64,000 bases of DNA from Patellaria atrata CBS 101060 (Eukaryota): assembly GCA_010093705.1 (NCBI GenBank), contig MU006089.1, positions 2,715,561 through 2,779,560 of the forward strand, given 5' to 3'. Below, piece by piece: positions 1 through 12,800 of this stretch (positions are counted from its first letter, which is position 1; each line of letters starts with the position of its first letter). The notes below the pieces were generated by a model. The model made no database searches and was not told where the DNA came from. It saw only the letters and a list, made by a program, of their open reading frames with translations. Made by a program: the position numbers and the translations under genes.

Positions 1-1615
1 GATGTCTACTACGCCAATTCCTCCAATCTCAGCATCCTCTTCCGTTCGTACTCTCCTTCTTATTTGTGCTTTGTCCTTCGTATCCGCCATCTGGTGCAAC
101 GCTCCTGCTATATCTCCACCACCTTTCGCTTTCTTTTAATGACTCCAGTTGACTCTCAATGGTGTTCTTTTCGTGAATGCCCCAAAAGTAGAAGTTAAGA
201 AGTGGATAGTACGGGTTATGGGATGGGGGCGTAAACTCGAAAAAGCAGATTATAGCCGTACATTTGCTTTGCAACAACCCAAAGATGGACAAACACCGAG
301 ATTCCGCAAAGTCAATTCCTATCTCGCAGAGTGGGCGAAGAAGGTCAAAGAGCCACTGGCCTGGTGGTGGCTGGTTCATTATTTATGAGGTCAATTCTCG
401 GTTTGTTAATTTGAACCAGCCGAAAGCCAAGCAACAGCCTAGAGCTCTAGGCGGGGTGAGCCAGGGGTCTTTGGGCCTGATGAACAGAATTTCTAAGGCA
501 CGGGTTCAATTGATACCTTATTTACTAACGAGATATCTGTCTTCTCACTATCGAGGCGTCGTGGGCGTTTACGCGGTATAACCCTCAACCCCACTACCCT
601 CATCGACAAGAAAGGGAATTTCGATATCGTATGGTAGAAAGACGCTCAGGGATTTCGTTTCGTTGACGTCTAACATAAGGGATAAGGTTATCAATGTCCA
701 CCTAGAGAAAAATACCTTCCATAGAAGTTTCCTGTTGGCTTTTGTCTCGTTTCTTCCTCTTCTCTTCTCTCTGTGCATTCTTCTATCTCCTTTTGTCGTT
801 TTCTTGAAGAGTGGAAAGAGTTAGAAGAAACGATAAGAATTCTGTCAAGCGTTGGTGCAGATATTTGACTTCTGGGCGTCCGAATAGTGGTCAGTAGAGG
901 TGGTAAGGTGTCTAGGGGGGGATCGATGAAGGTGTTGGATCCTAACGAGGAGAGGAAGGAAAGCATCAACACTTGAGCGTCTAGAGTCAAAACGGAACTG
1001 CGTACGGTATGTTTTGTGCTGGATTATGCTCAGAGGGACTTCTTGAAGTAGTCACAAGAGTGGAAAAGAGCAGTAGGTCGACTGCGAGCAAAGTTATGCG
1101 AAGAACTGGGACTTTTGTATTTACGTAGCAAATGCAAGGGATACGATATAGATATTCGCCATAGAGTTATCATTATCGTTGCTTCAACCCTTTTCTTACA
1201 AATCAGATACATTAGGGAGCCAACAATGATTTGAATTCGAGATTACGCCCGTATGCGTACAGAAAGCGTAAAAATAGGCAACGGGCATTAAACATAGGTA
1301 AGCCTTTGTTGTTGGATATATTAATCAGCTGGCGAATTTGAGGCTTTCGCGTTTTCGTACGAGTGCAAGGGATTGGATAGTGTATTTGTGAAGTGCTTTG
1401 TAGGGCTTTTACGTTATTTTACATTTTGCACCGAATCTAATATTTAAACCCAGTAGGTTTACTGGCTGGGTCTTGAGCCTTAGGACGAATCAGTGCATAA
1501 ATATCACATGGACTCCTTCTATGCTATTCTACAATATGCACATCGCTTGTTGCGATCAGGGAGGATCAAAATTCCTTTCCCCAAAATCCCACCGTCCTGA
1601 GCGGACGATATCGAA

Positions 1616-3004
1616 TCATGTAGTGGTAGCGTTAGTGCCATTCGAGAAGGGAAACACTTGCGACAATGCTTTCTGGAAGACACCAACATTGTAATCGATC
1701 AATGCCTTCTTTTCCGCTGGGCTGTCGTCACCCATTAGACAGACAAGCGCGAGATATCTGATGTTGATATTAGTTACAGATCAAATCTGTAAACAGTCAA
1801 ATGCATCCTGGTATCTTACTTGTTGATTTCCTTTAAGTAAAGGTAGTTATTTCCCTTCCTTTCCATTGTTATTAAACTTTCGCAGTCAGTACCACCTGTC
1901 TCCTCAATCTCGCTTTCACTTTCACCATTCTCATTCGGGCGTTCCCATCCGTAAATCTCGCCAATATCAACCACTACATCAATATAGTCAGAACATATTT
2001 CGTAACTGCCTATATCAGTGGGACTGGTATCCGTGGCAATGTAAATCTTGCTCAACACATCGAATAGGTAAGCCTTTTCAATGCGACAATTAGCACAAAG
2101 ACTGTTCAACAAGCTTTCAAGCGTTGGTAGCTGTGGTATCAACTTTTGGATGACTTTACTGAACGCCTCAAAAATTGAGTGGTCATATATGCTCGTTTGA
2201 TAGAAGCTGACGGGGGCATTTTCGTATCCCGCGTCTGAGAGCTCATCTTGCACGCGCTGTATGATGTCACGAAACGTGTCCATCTTGTAGTCCTCTGACA
2301 AGCCATCAACTTTATGAACGAAGACCTCAATGTTAATGTTGGGATACGAGTTCTGTAGGTTGAGTATAGTGGCGTTGAGGCGGTTGATCGCGTCAAGGTA
2401 TTCGTCTTGGGCGTCTATGACCCAAATCAATGCGCCAATTTCGTCGAAAATCTTGTCGACGTCGAAGGCAGGATCGAAGTAGTCAAGATGACCCGGGAAA
2501 TCCCAGATCTGGAAGTCCATGAAAGAACTGTACAGATTGTTGAGTTAGCATAGGGCACATGATGTAACCGAGTATTAGAAGCGGGAGGTCCCATGTAGTC
2601 GGCGGAGAGAAAAGTATGAACTTACTGCATGGATTCCTTTTTCACCCGTATCGTAGTTTCGATGTACAGCGTTTCAGCAGGTGGAAGCTTATGGAATACA
2701 ACGCCAGATATGGAGGACTTGCCACTCCTACATCTAATATCAGTACCCATTAAAGTCAGACGGAGCCACGTAAGACGCACCGACGCTGCCCCATGAGCAA
2801 CAAACGTGGTTTTCCATCTCCAGCCTTGCTGTTGGGAACTCTCCCAGTGTGATACTGTTGCTGGAGAGGGTTTGGTGGCCTCTCGGCATCCGGTAGTTCC
2901 TGGAGATACTTCATCAGAGTCAAATTCGTAGGTGTTCTGAATCCTTCTTGGGAATCATCATGAGAGTTAGATTGCGCAGAAGAAGACTCCACAGAGGACG
3001 TCAT
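1616..3004 (-). CDS. GTR2: Rag GTPase RagC/D orthologue (Gtr2), TORC1 signalling; 4 exons
   Basis: Spliced translation reads [17 protein letters not shown] (G1), [16 protein letters not shown] (G3), VHKVDGL (G4), [23 protein letters not shown] and ends ...NATTT* at TGA 1618-1616. Start is ambiguous (ATG 3004 or 2914). Confidence 0.93.
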
Positions 3005-5302
3005 CGCGAGAATTAATAATGGAGAAACGAGTAGGTGAACGCCGCAAAACACCGAGTACCGAAGAGTGTGAAGAGTAAGGAGTTAGGTTGTAGTTTGATC
3101 ACCGGGTTTCCGTTTGAATACAACGCGTGGTTAAGAGGGGAACAAGTTGTCAGGACAGGTCAGGGGCCACAATCCTCAGAATGATCTTCACACAAGACAT
3201 ATTGAAAAGATGACAAACGATGAATTATACACGTGAAAGGTAAATTTTGTCGAGCTGGAGGAAAGAACAGAACGGAAAAGTGCGGGAAAGTCACAATTAA
3301 GGGTTCGGTAAGGTACGCAACTTGAACATACAACAAATAGTAGTTACCAATTATAGAAGGAGATAACAACAATTCAAAAAAAAAAGTGATATACCAGCAA
3401 TCCGTTTTACAATGGTGATACAGAACCGTGTTTCTACAATTTTATAATGTGTGACTGGAAAATGATTGGACAGGATATAAGAGCTGGATTCTATACTGCC
3501 GTCTGATGGCGTACAAAGTAACAGAGAAATCTCCGGTCTAGAGACTGGATGGTAGACAGACAAGATATCACTACGTCGAGAAACGTTGCAAAACGTGAGG
3601 CGTCCGCCCACAGAACAGCATAGATCCCGGGAGGGGGTTCCAGCAACGCACGTTTTCCGAATACGTGGACGTGACGGTCCAGTTGAGGAGGGGTTATGAT
3701 CTTATTTGTGGGAATTGGGATGTGTATAGGGTTGGCTGGGTCTGGATGGTGGGACGTGGTGATGATGTTGCGAAAAGGAAAAAAGTTGGGCATATTTTCA
3801 CGCACCATTATTGTTGTTTCTTCTTATATGGATTGCTGCCCTACCAGTATGGGAACAGCGTCCCGACTGTGTCCGTTCTAATAAGTTGCTTTCGAGCAGG
3901 ACCAAGGACAGGTCGCTCTTCACCCCCTTCGCTGGGCCTCCCGGGCCCTTGATTGCTGCTTACTTCAGTCCGTTATGGAACGCTTTCGATGCATTCGGTC
4001 GATTTACAGCCTGGATATTAGTACTTGTCCTGAATCGTCTCACAAATGACGAGGATGAAAAATGCGACCAGAAGGCGGTGGACAGATGGTAATGTCAGGC
4101 AGGCAGAGGCAGCGCTGAGCAGCCGCTGACCAGGATGTTGATATGACGGGAGTGAGACTGCGAGAGCCTGCGAGAACCTGAGAGAGACGCTTTTGCAGCG
4201 GGCGGAATGGCGGGATCGAAAGCCAGGCGGATCTAGTGTTACGGTGTTTTCAAGCAGTCTAAGCAATCAAGAAGCTTTAAACCATCTCTCATACAGCCCG
4301 GACACGATGGGAGGAGCAGGCACTGACGGGAGCACCCAGTCAGGACGATAGGTACAGAAGCCGGAGGTTACAGAGGAAGAAGGATAAAAAGGAAGACGTT
4401 GAAAAGCGCAGGGATGAGGGATGATTGAATGATTCAAACTTGTCTCGTCTGATAACGTTGCTGATAGTGAAAGGCGACGGGCGATTGTTCTTTTCCTACT
4501 TTAGAGCTAGAACACCAAATATCATGTTTTTGGTTGTCAACATGTATCTTTCCTTTTGTCCTCCCTCTGTACCGGGAGTGGAGAAGATGCTCGCTTAGTT
4601 CTAATTTTCACACGACAACTTGGTACTGTACCTTAATCATATCAGGGGACTCTTAGGAGGAAAAGTAAGGCTTATATTCTACGAATATTATTATTATAAT
4701 ATGATGCACCACTCATGCTTTAGGCGGTCTATCCGATATCCCAGCGATCTGTGCTCTGCTTTAACGAAGGAATAGGCTGTTTGTATATCCATTACCTGTT
4801 CCTCGCTGCTGTCGTCGCGGGATATTTAGCCTTACCTTGTCGTAGGGATGGAGCATGAACTATACTACAACTACTATAGCCCTAGGCATCGTGACATCAA
4901 GTTAGCGATGTAGGGGAAAATCAAGAAGCGCGCGACGGCACTGTTGTTCTGCGGACAATTGACGGCAAAATACGTCAGGCATGGGCTTAATTGTACAGTG
5001 CGTACTGTACTTTAAGATGTCACAAGGTAAGTAAAGGTACATGTTACTGAAAATCCTGATACGTGTAAACGCCGCCAGCAACATAACCAAGGGTATCATG
5101 TCGTAACACGTTCCGCCCTGTATTGAAACGACGTCCCATTCGAAAACGCCAATATCCAACTCTCGCAACCATCGCGCAGTGACGATTTCCGTTCATAGAA
5201 AGAAAATTTCCGAGTGCCGTCAGACATGATCCGTGGCACCGCAGAGCACTAGAAAGGTTCCAGGATACCGGTTACACTAAGAGGACATCACAGACCATCA
5301 GG

Positions 5303-7117
5303 TTATGCTAGAACTTCAGCGCCGAGCACACCAGCACTTGCCATACCTAATCCTCCAAGAACGAATAGTCCCCATGATAATGCAGCGCACTCTCCTGCGT
5401 CCGAGAACTGCTCGCTGTCATGCACTTCATCATGCTCTGTATACGCAGTCTCTTCCGCTATCGAGGGTGTGGGCTTGAAGCTGTCGTCGGAGTCCGAATC
5501 TAATTGAACAGATGGCTTGCGCCGGGTGCTTCTTCGTAATGATGACTTTGTCTTTCCTGGAGAAGACTCATCCTTCCTTGGTCGGCCTCGTCGAGTTCGC
5601 TTGGTAGTAGGACTTGATGGGGGCGGTGTCTTTCCGTTCGTACCATCACCATCAAAAGTAACATGCTTTTCTTTCTTTGACTCTAATTCTTCGTCGTCCG
5701 AGGTTCTCATCCAAGGAACCAGTGTCAATTTCAGAATTTTATTGATGTCACTGTGTCTCGCCACAGCCCACAACGCTAAACTGAGAGAGCAAAGGAGCAC
5801 ATCCCATCCAATCATACTAATGTACGGATCGGTTGAGAGTACCCCAAGTATCCTTTCAATGATGGTTATCGCAATTTCAAGATTGGAACGCTCCTTTTTG
5901 CGGTGCATATTCCACACGTATTCATGAATACGATACTCCTTGGGGGGTCTGGTATCAGCTGCTGCTGTATATGCTTGTAGCGCATGCAACAAGAATGATA
6001 ATCCCGAAATAGTGGAGAATACCGTAGTATACGAACGGTGCGCCTCATGAGTATCCTTGTGAGAACTACCCAAAGAGATGGGAACAATCTGAACAGGTAA
6101 GCAAGTGCCAATAAGTGGAAAAAGACTTACGTACCTGTGACACAAGCGTAAAGAACGCTGGGACTAGAAAGTGTGCAATTTTGAACAAACTCCCGTTGAT
6201 CAAGGCGTTATCGCCAAGTAAAGGGAGTCGATGTATCCCAATAAGGGAGAGCAGCGTGGGTATTATGTAAATTGCCGGATGAGGTGTCCACGTCGAGCTT
6301 TTCCTCGATCGAGATGATCCCAAGGGCAAAGGCGTAGAAAGAATTGCCACAAAAAAAAGGTTTTGGGCGAAACTTAGTCCCACAAGTTGAGCAAGGGCAA
6401 CGAAAGACAACAACTTCAGTTTCGGAAAATTACGTCGATGGCCTAGAGTCCAGTTAAGTCAGTATGAGGGACGCATTAAACACTGATTCCAGGACTATGT
6501 CGTACGCTCGACACAACAATGTCGACAGCAAGCGGTATACATACAGAGCGACACCAACTATAAGCTCAACTCGCTGATTAACCCAACTCTATACAGCGAT
6601 TGATACAATATATTATAGTGTTATACATACCTTCTATTCCTACAAATACACTCCATGCTATGATGGCAATATATTGTTGCTGTACCCACCAGAAACCTTT
6701 GCTCGATAGAACCCCTTCCTGATATGCGGTTGCGTCAAGTCCCGCGTCCTTCATCCAGTTCCCAAGCTGCCACCCAGTTGCGCCTTGCTCTTTAGCGTAC
6801 CAACCAGTCCACAGTGTGTTCGGCAACGTCTGATTCTTTTCATGTGACCAAGCAAGATACGAGAATACCCTTCTCACTATCGCATGGTATGAGACTGCGA
6901 CAAAGCTTCCCGTCGCTGCGGAGGCAAAAACCCAAGTCTGCTTCGTGCGTTGGGCTTTAGATAAACGGGTATCTTGCGCAGGAGGTAGTGTACGCCATGT
7001 ATTACGAAGTGTAGGAAGAATCTGGCCCAGTGAAAGGCCAATGAGAAGAATGCGACTGTAAAAATGCGCGAGAACGTAAAGGTTCGAGATTGTTGTATCT
7101 CCTTCTACGGGAGCCAT
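5303..7117 (-). CDS. Uncharacterised multi-pass membrane protein with an AT-hook-like basic loop; 3 exons
   Basis: ORF pieces 6578-7180, 6066-6413 and 5303-6145 join through GT..AG introns (~6630-6443 and ~6134-6090). Several hydrophobic segments; RRGRPRK near the C-terminus. Confidence 0.75.
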
Positions 7118-7523
7118 CTCTCTGTTTCTGAGGAGAGTGACGTCGATAAGCGTACTAGCACAGTAATGGTAGTTTAGCAAGCTAGGGTGCCGAGTAGCGA
7201 AAGGACATAGAAATCAGAATGATAAAATAGCCAGAGCTCTAGGAGAGCCTCAAGGCGTTCTTATGTTGACTTAGGACGATATGTTCTTGGGGGTAATGAA
7301 TCGCATTCTTGTCTCGAGTTTGTTATTATCGTCTATCCTAACTGAGTCTAGATGAGATGGATGGAGGGTAGTCAAGAAGCTCGGACCACTCATCGCAGAT
7401 CGGCAATCTCCATGACCTAGTTTAAGGTACGGATTGCTACCTTACCTACACATCCAGTAGAGCTCCCATTTCTTGTCAAGACCCACCTCCTGGACTCTTG
7501 CGCTCAAATAAAGTCCGATAAAT

Positions 7524-8236
7524 ATGTACCATCTTATGAAGGGGATCTACTTGTATGCAACGAGTAAAGAAGGTCAGTTCTGGCGGTTCCTCCTTTTGAG
7601 CAAGATACTAAGGCAAGCTCAGAATTCTCTGTACTCCTATTAGGACTCGACAACGCAGGCAAGACTACTCTCTTAGAACAGATCAAAGCAGCTCACGCTA
7701 CCCATGGCCACCCAAATTTAAAGACTGTTCCTACGGTCGGTCAAAATGTATCCACTATCACTCGGCCAGATCTCTACCTAAAAATATGGGATGTGGGAGG
7801 CCAACACTCCTTACGGGGTCTATGGCAGAAATACTATGCCTCATGTCATGCTATAGTATTTGTGATTGATAGTACAGATATTGGTGACGGTGATATCATG
7901 AGACTGGCTTCTTCCGGTGCGGTTAGAGACGAGGAGTTTGGCCGGCTGAACGAGTGTCAGATGGTATTAGAAGATGTCTTACAACATGAAGATACAGAAG
8001 GAGTTCCATTGCTCGTACTGGCAAATAAACAAGATAGGGAAGATTGCGTTGAGGTCGTCAGGATCAAGGAAGGGTTCGTACGAAAGGTCTTCGAAGGAGA
8101 GAAGGGAGGGAGCGTAAGAGACAGTAGAGTATTACCCTGCAGTGCACTCACCGGGACTGGAGTGCAAGAAGCAGTTGAATGGTTGTGTAGCAGGGTGAAG
8201 TGGAACAAAGAGTCGAGGCCACCAGTCATGCGATGA
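7524..8236 (+). CDS. ARL3: Arf-like GTPase Arl3/ARFRP1
   Basis: MYHLMKGIYLYATSKE, intron (~7573-7623), then FSVLLLGLDNAGKTT, WDVGGQ, LANKQD, CSA. MY N-terminus without a Gly2 myristoylation site is typical of ARFRP1/Arl3. Confidence 0.92.
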
Positions 8237-8728
8237 AGATTATTACCTCTTCCGATACAGCAAACGGATTCCTTTGCCTACTCCTCCCGGTTGTTAGTAA
8301 ATATGCCACGACACGCGTGTGATTTTCTCGAAACATATGGGCTCAGTACGGTGCGCATTTGGGCTATGTACAATTTGAAAACACCATAGGATACGCCCAT
8401 ACCAAACTTCGGAATACATGATCAGGACAACCCCCGGAGACTACTCAAGCGGGAGAATATATCTATGAAGCGACCTTGAGACATATACCGGAAGAAAAGA
8501 TATTGCCTCAACACTCCCGAGTAAAGGATTATTACCACTCCTGCAAGGCCATAATATGGTACTCGGGCCTATCGTCAGAGACCAGCACCGTAGAGGAGAG
8601 ATGAATTTTGATACGTATTATTGGTGGAAAGGAAAGGTCTAAGAGATGGTACGAAGAATTTGACATGCAGGAAACGCTCGACCCTGTGGTGCTTTGATGA
8701 AAAAGTCTGTGCTGAAGATACCGGCTGG

Positions 8729-9076
8729 TCAAAAAGTGGAAGCTTGCTCACTCCGAACACCGCCATGGTCTGATAGTTCGGTTTGCGTTCCTTGCGACCC
8801 CGACGTAGCGGATCGATCGGATCGACGGGATCGAAGGGATTTCTTATCCTCTTGCAAAGCCGCTTCATAGGACGGTGGAGGTGAATCTTCTATGTGTGGA
8901 GTCTGCTGCCGGCCGACACTCTTTTTGGAACCCGATAATCGCTCTGATCTTCTCTTGTTTTCGACTTTTTGGTCTTCATAGAACTCATCATACGCCTGTT
9001 TGGCTCTCTTCTCCTTTCGCTTGGTGTTGATTTTGTCATATACGTAGGCGCCGCAGCCGATAACAAATGCCGCCAT
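8729..9076 (-). CDS. Small hypothetical protein (115 aa) with a PPxY motif
   Basis: ATG-initiated ORF with a short hydrophobic N-terminus, basic coiled-coil-like segment and SPPPSYE. Confidence 0.55.
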   Translation of the reverse strand: MAAFVIGCGAYVYDKINTKRKEKRAKQAYDEFYEDQKVENKRRSERLSGSKKSVGRQQTPHIEDSPPPSYEAALQEDKKSLRSRRSDRSATSGSQGTQTELSDHGGVRSEQASTF

Positions 9077-9856
9077 AGTGAGTTAAAAGGTTTCAAGGGG
9101 CGAAATCTGGACTGAATGGTTTCCTGGGAAGACCTTGATGGATCTTTGGTCTCGTTATATATCTCATCTTTGGAGAGAATGCTTGCGCAATAGACCGGCT
9201 GTGAAGCTGTCACTATTTGTCAGGATGGGGCCAAGCAGTTCGTCCGATGCGTCATTCGCTCGACGACAACCACTGACAAGGCTAGGCAGTGCAGGTCTCA
9301 ACGTGCATTACTGCATCAGCCGACCATGCCGATTTCGCGTCTTCGAACTATATTTTGACTTCTCCGGATTGAGAACTTTTGATGTTCAGTTACTCAATCT
9401 TCCCGCTCCCATTACACCGTACGACTGTAAACGCTATCCGGGTCGGTGGGGATAAAAGCAATAAGGTAGCGCACGGATCACGAACCACACGTGACATCGT
9501 TACTGCTACTAACCGCCGACTTGCGGGATGACGCGACAATGCGCGCCAACCGGCCCCTGACGTAGCGGTAAGTCTGCAAGCCTTTCCATTTCGGGCCGTG
9601 GGGGTTATGTACCTGAGGCCGTGAGGCAGTCGACTGTAACTCATCACAGCCTTCTATAGTCTTTCAGAGCCTTTCACAGCCTTTTAGAATTTCAAATATA
9701 TTTATCTTCTCTTGCCCTTCAATTTCTGAATGAATGATTCTTTAAGAGAAAAAAACTGAGCATAGTTCTTGACTCTATATCATTAACAATCTCGAAGAAG
9801 CTCTAGTCTGCTAGCCCCAAGTTCGCAGTCTCGGACTGGTTGCATAGACGAACCTC

Positions 9857-12800
9857 ATGGCGCCCCCATCAACCCCATCTGGAAAGACTCATGAAGGTGT
9901 CAACGAATATATCACCGCGATTGAGAGACAATGGAACCTTGGCTTGACTATCCGGGGCGAGACATGGTCCCCATTGCAGGGAAAAGCCGACCACAATTGT
10001 CATATCTGCGTAGAAAGCATCAAATACCTATTTTGGATGGACAAACCTCAACTTGACAGCGTTTATGAAGCTTTCGAGAAGCGCGCTGCGCATATAAGGC
10101 AACGACAAAAAAAGTTAGAATTGTTGATCGATCTATTAAAGAAGAATTATCCAACACCAAAGAGCGGAAAGGGACTAGCCTCGCCGAAAGTGCTCCGCCC
10201 TCAAGGGAGGATACCACCACCAGATTTTACTGGAGAAGCTAGGGCTGGAGCAGTCAGAGACAGTGGAGAACATTTGAACAAACACCTAGAAGACATGTTT
10301 AATAGAGCTTCAACGATGTCGTCAAATCATATGACCGCATACGCCACGGCAGAAGATACTCCACCTTCCACTCCACGTTCTGCTGAATCATCAGATGAAG
10401 TCTATGGGACCCCGCCAGAGTCACCATCTTTGGACCGCTCCATTCGTCAACAAAGAAAACGAAAGTCATTTGATAGGACCGATGGGATGCACTCACCGAA
10501 GTTGTCGCGAACATCAGCAGGAAAACAGTGTATCGAGAGCATATCTCAGCGACCTCGCGTTGAGACTGAATTTCATGATTGCATCGAAGAGGGCTATACT
10601 TTGCCCAAGAGTCCAACACGTTCTCCTAGGTCCTCTATATCGACTCAGCCAGATGATTATGGCTTTAATTCTACTGCGCAAGCATCTTTTCAAAGTAATG
10701 TCCCAGTTGTTGATACGGCACAGACATCTTTTGCGAATAACGTACCAAATATAGAGCTTTCATCTGCGCTCGCTGAATCATTAGACGAGGAGATGGATGA
10801 TCTCTTACGGAAATACGAACGAGCCCAAGTGGTTTCACCCGGGACGCAAAGCATAGTACAATCCAGTACCCCTCCAGTTTCAACCAGACGTCAAGAGCCG
10901 GAACATTTCCAAGTTCGTGACCTTCCAAATCAAGGCCTTTTTGTGAGCTCACCTGGAGCATGGGTAAACAGCAGTTCTCCGTTCAGATTTCGATATGAGT
11001 GTCAACGTGTTGCGCTCGTTAACTCGTTACCGGTCGAAGAAGTAGCCCCAAGATATCATAGCCGGTTCGATGATATCGATACTCTCTGGGCCCATTTTAA
11101 AGAGGATAACCTCATTCTACCTAAACAACCCTCACAACAAGCTTGGGGCGCATCAGTCGGTGACTTTCGTGAAGTAACCTTGAAAGGAAGCTTATCTATC
11201 AATCCGAAGAATACCGGTTCGCTTTTCAAACTGTCTCTTGAACCCCTACATATCGACATCTCTTCTAGGTTTCAACGTGCATGGGGCGGAGATAGATTCT
11301 TATATCTTAACGTTCCTTCGTTCCAGGGTTTAAAAAACCATCTCTCTGGACCAAAACAACAACAACATCTCCATAATAGGTACCACGAATGGCTACTTAC
11401 AGAGAAACAGTTCCTCGGGAGAACTTGGAGAGTGCTCCTCTTGGAAACAAAGAAGCCCAAGAAGTGTGGGAAGCGTGATAAGGAAAGTGCTGCGCAGCGG
11501 CTAATTCTATTTGCAACTCATGGTTGCACTCTCTCACCGGCACCAACTGCAAAACGTAATGATGCAAGCATCCGAGATCTAATTCATTGGTTCATGCCAT
11601 TAGACAAGAACAGGGACCAACCGTACTGCAAAGCGTACGCTCGCCTCGAATTGGGATTCTCTCGAACTACTCCTGCCATTACTCTTAAACCAAGTCAAGT
11701 GCTGTATGTGCCAGACAAACTTCCAAGTCCCAAATTCGAAGAAGCGACAGAATTCGACGACCACACACTATGGAGGCCGTATAAGGTGGACCAGAAAAAT
11801 GTCATGAACGACGGATGCTCTATAATGTCTGTTGGAATGGCGATTTACATATGGAAAACAATGAATCTTCCAGGGCAAATCCCGAGCGCATTTCAAGGTA
11901 GGATAGGTGGTGCGAAAGGAGTGTGGATGCTTTCCGCTGCAGTAAATACAGCGGACGCACATCATCGGGATATATGGATCGAAATCACTGAAAGCCAGCG
12001 TAAATTTCAGCCTCACGATGAAGATCAAGACCGCTGTGATGCCACTTTCGAACCCCACAGATTGACCTTTGATGTGGTGGCATATACAAAGGCAACCCAA
12101 TCTAGTACCTTACATGTCGCTTTTCTGCCGATCTTACTAGATAGAGGTATCCCAGCAAAGGACCTCAAGAGTCTGATGGACCATTATTTGGAAGCGGAAA
12201 GGATTGATCTCCTCGAGAAAATGCGGAATCCCGTGCAGACACGTCAGTGGATCAGTTCAGAGTTCTCAGATATAACTGGTCAGCATGGCATCACCTGGCA
12301 AGCAGGATTACCTGAGGGAATATCGCAAAGAGCCAAATTTTTACTTGATTCGGGATTCGACCCGAAACAGCTAAAGACTTTAGCTGCTGACATGATTTCT
12401 TTGGTTGAGACGCACTTGACGAAACTCAAACAAAGCCTTAGCCTTCAGGTGAGTAGATCGACCTACACCATGGGCGTAGCCGATCCACTGGGTGTTCTAC
12501 AGCCGGGTGAAATCCATTTAGCCTTCTCTAAAACTTTCGTCGATGAAGTCAACCAGGAGAGCTACCAGTTCTTGAAAGATGTAGATGTACTCGTAGCCCG
12601 CCACCCGGCTCTTAGACGATCTGACATCCAAAGGGTCCAAGCGGTATACAAAATTGAGCTTGCCCATTTGGTGGACGTCGTTGTATTTCCATCGACCGGA
12701 AGCTTTCCCCTTGCGTCTAAACTACAGGGTGGCGATTATGATGGCGACACCTTCTGGCTCTGTTGGGAGCCTATTTTGACGAGGAACTTCAAGAACGCTC

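Noticed and set aside
1..1212. Several short ORFs on both strands, including a possible terminal exon at 149-388 (+)
   Set aside because: No recognisable motifs and no consistent exon chain; cannot be supported without upstream sequence or a homology search.
3725..3740. AACCCTA on the minus strand as a possible telomerase RNA template
   Set aside because: Only 7 nt match, shorter than the ~1.5-repeat template expected, and no recognisable pseudoknot or CR4/5 in the right order.
3838..3993. Antizyme-like +1 frameshift (MHRKRSITD-UGA into a 41-codon +1 frame)
   Set aside because: Product is far too short, lacks antizyme motifs, and the context is not a UCC/CCC-UGA site.
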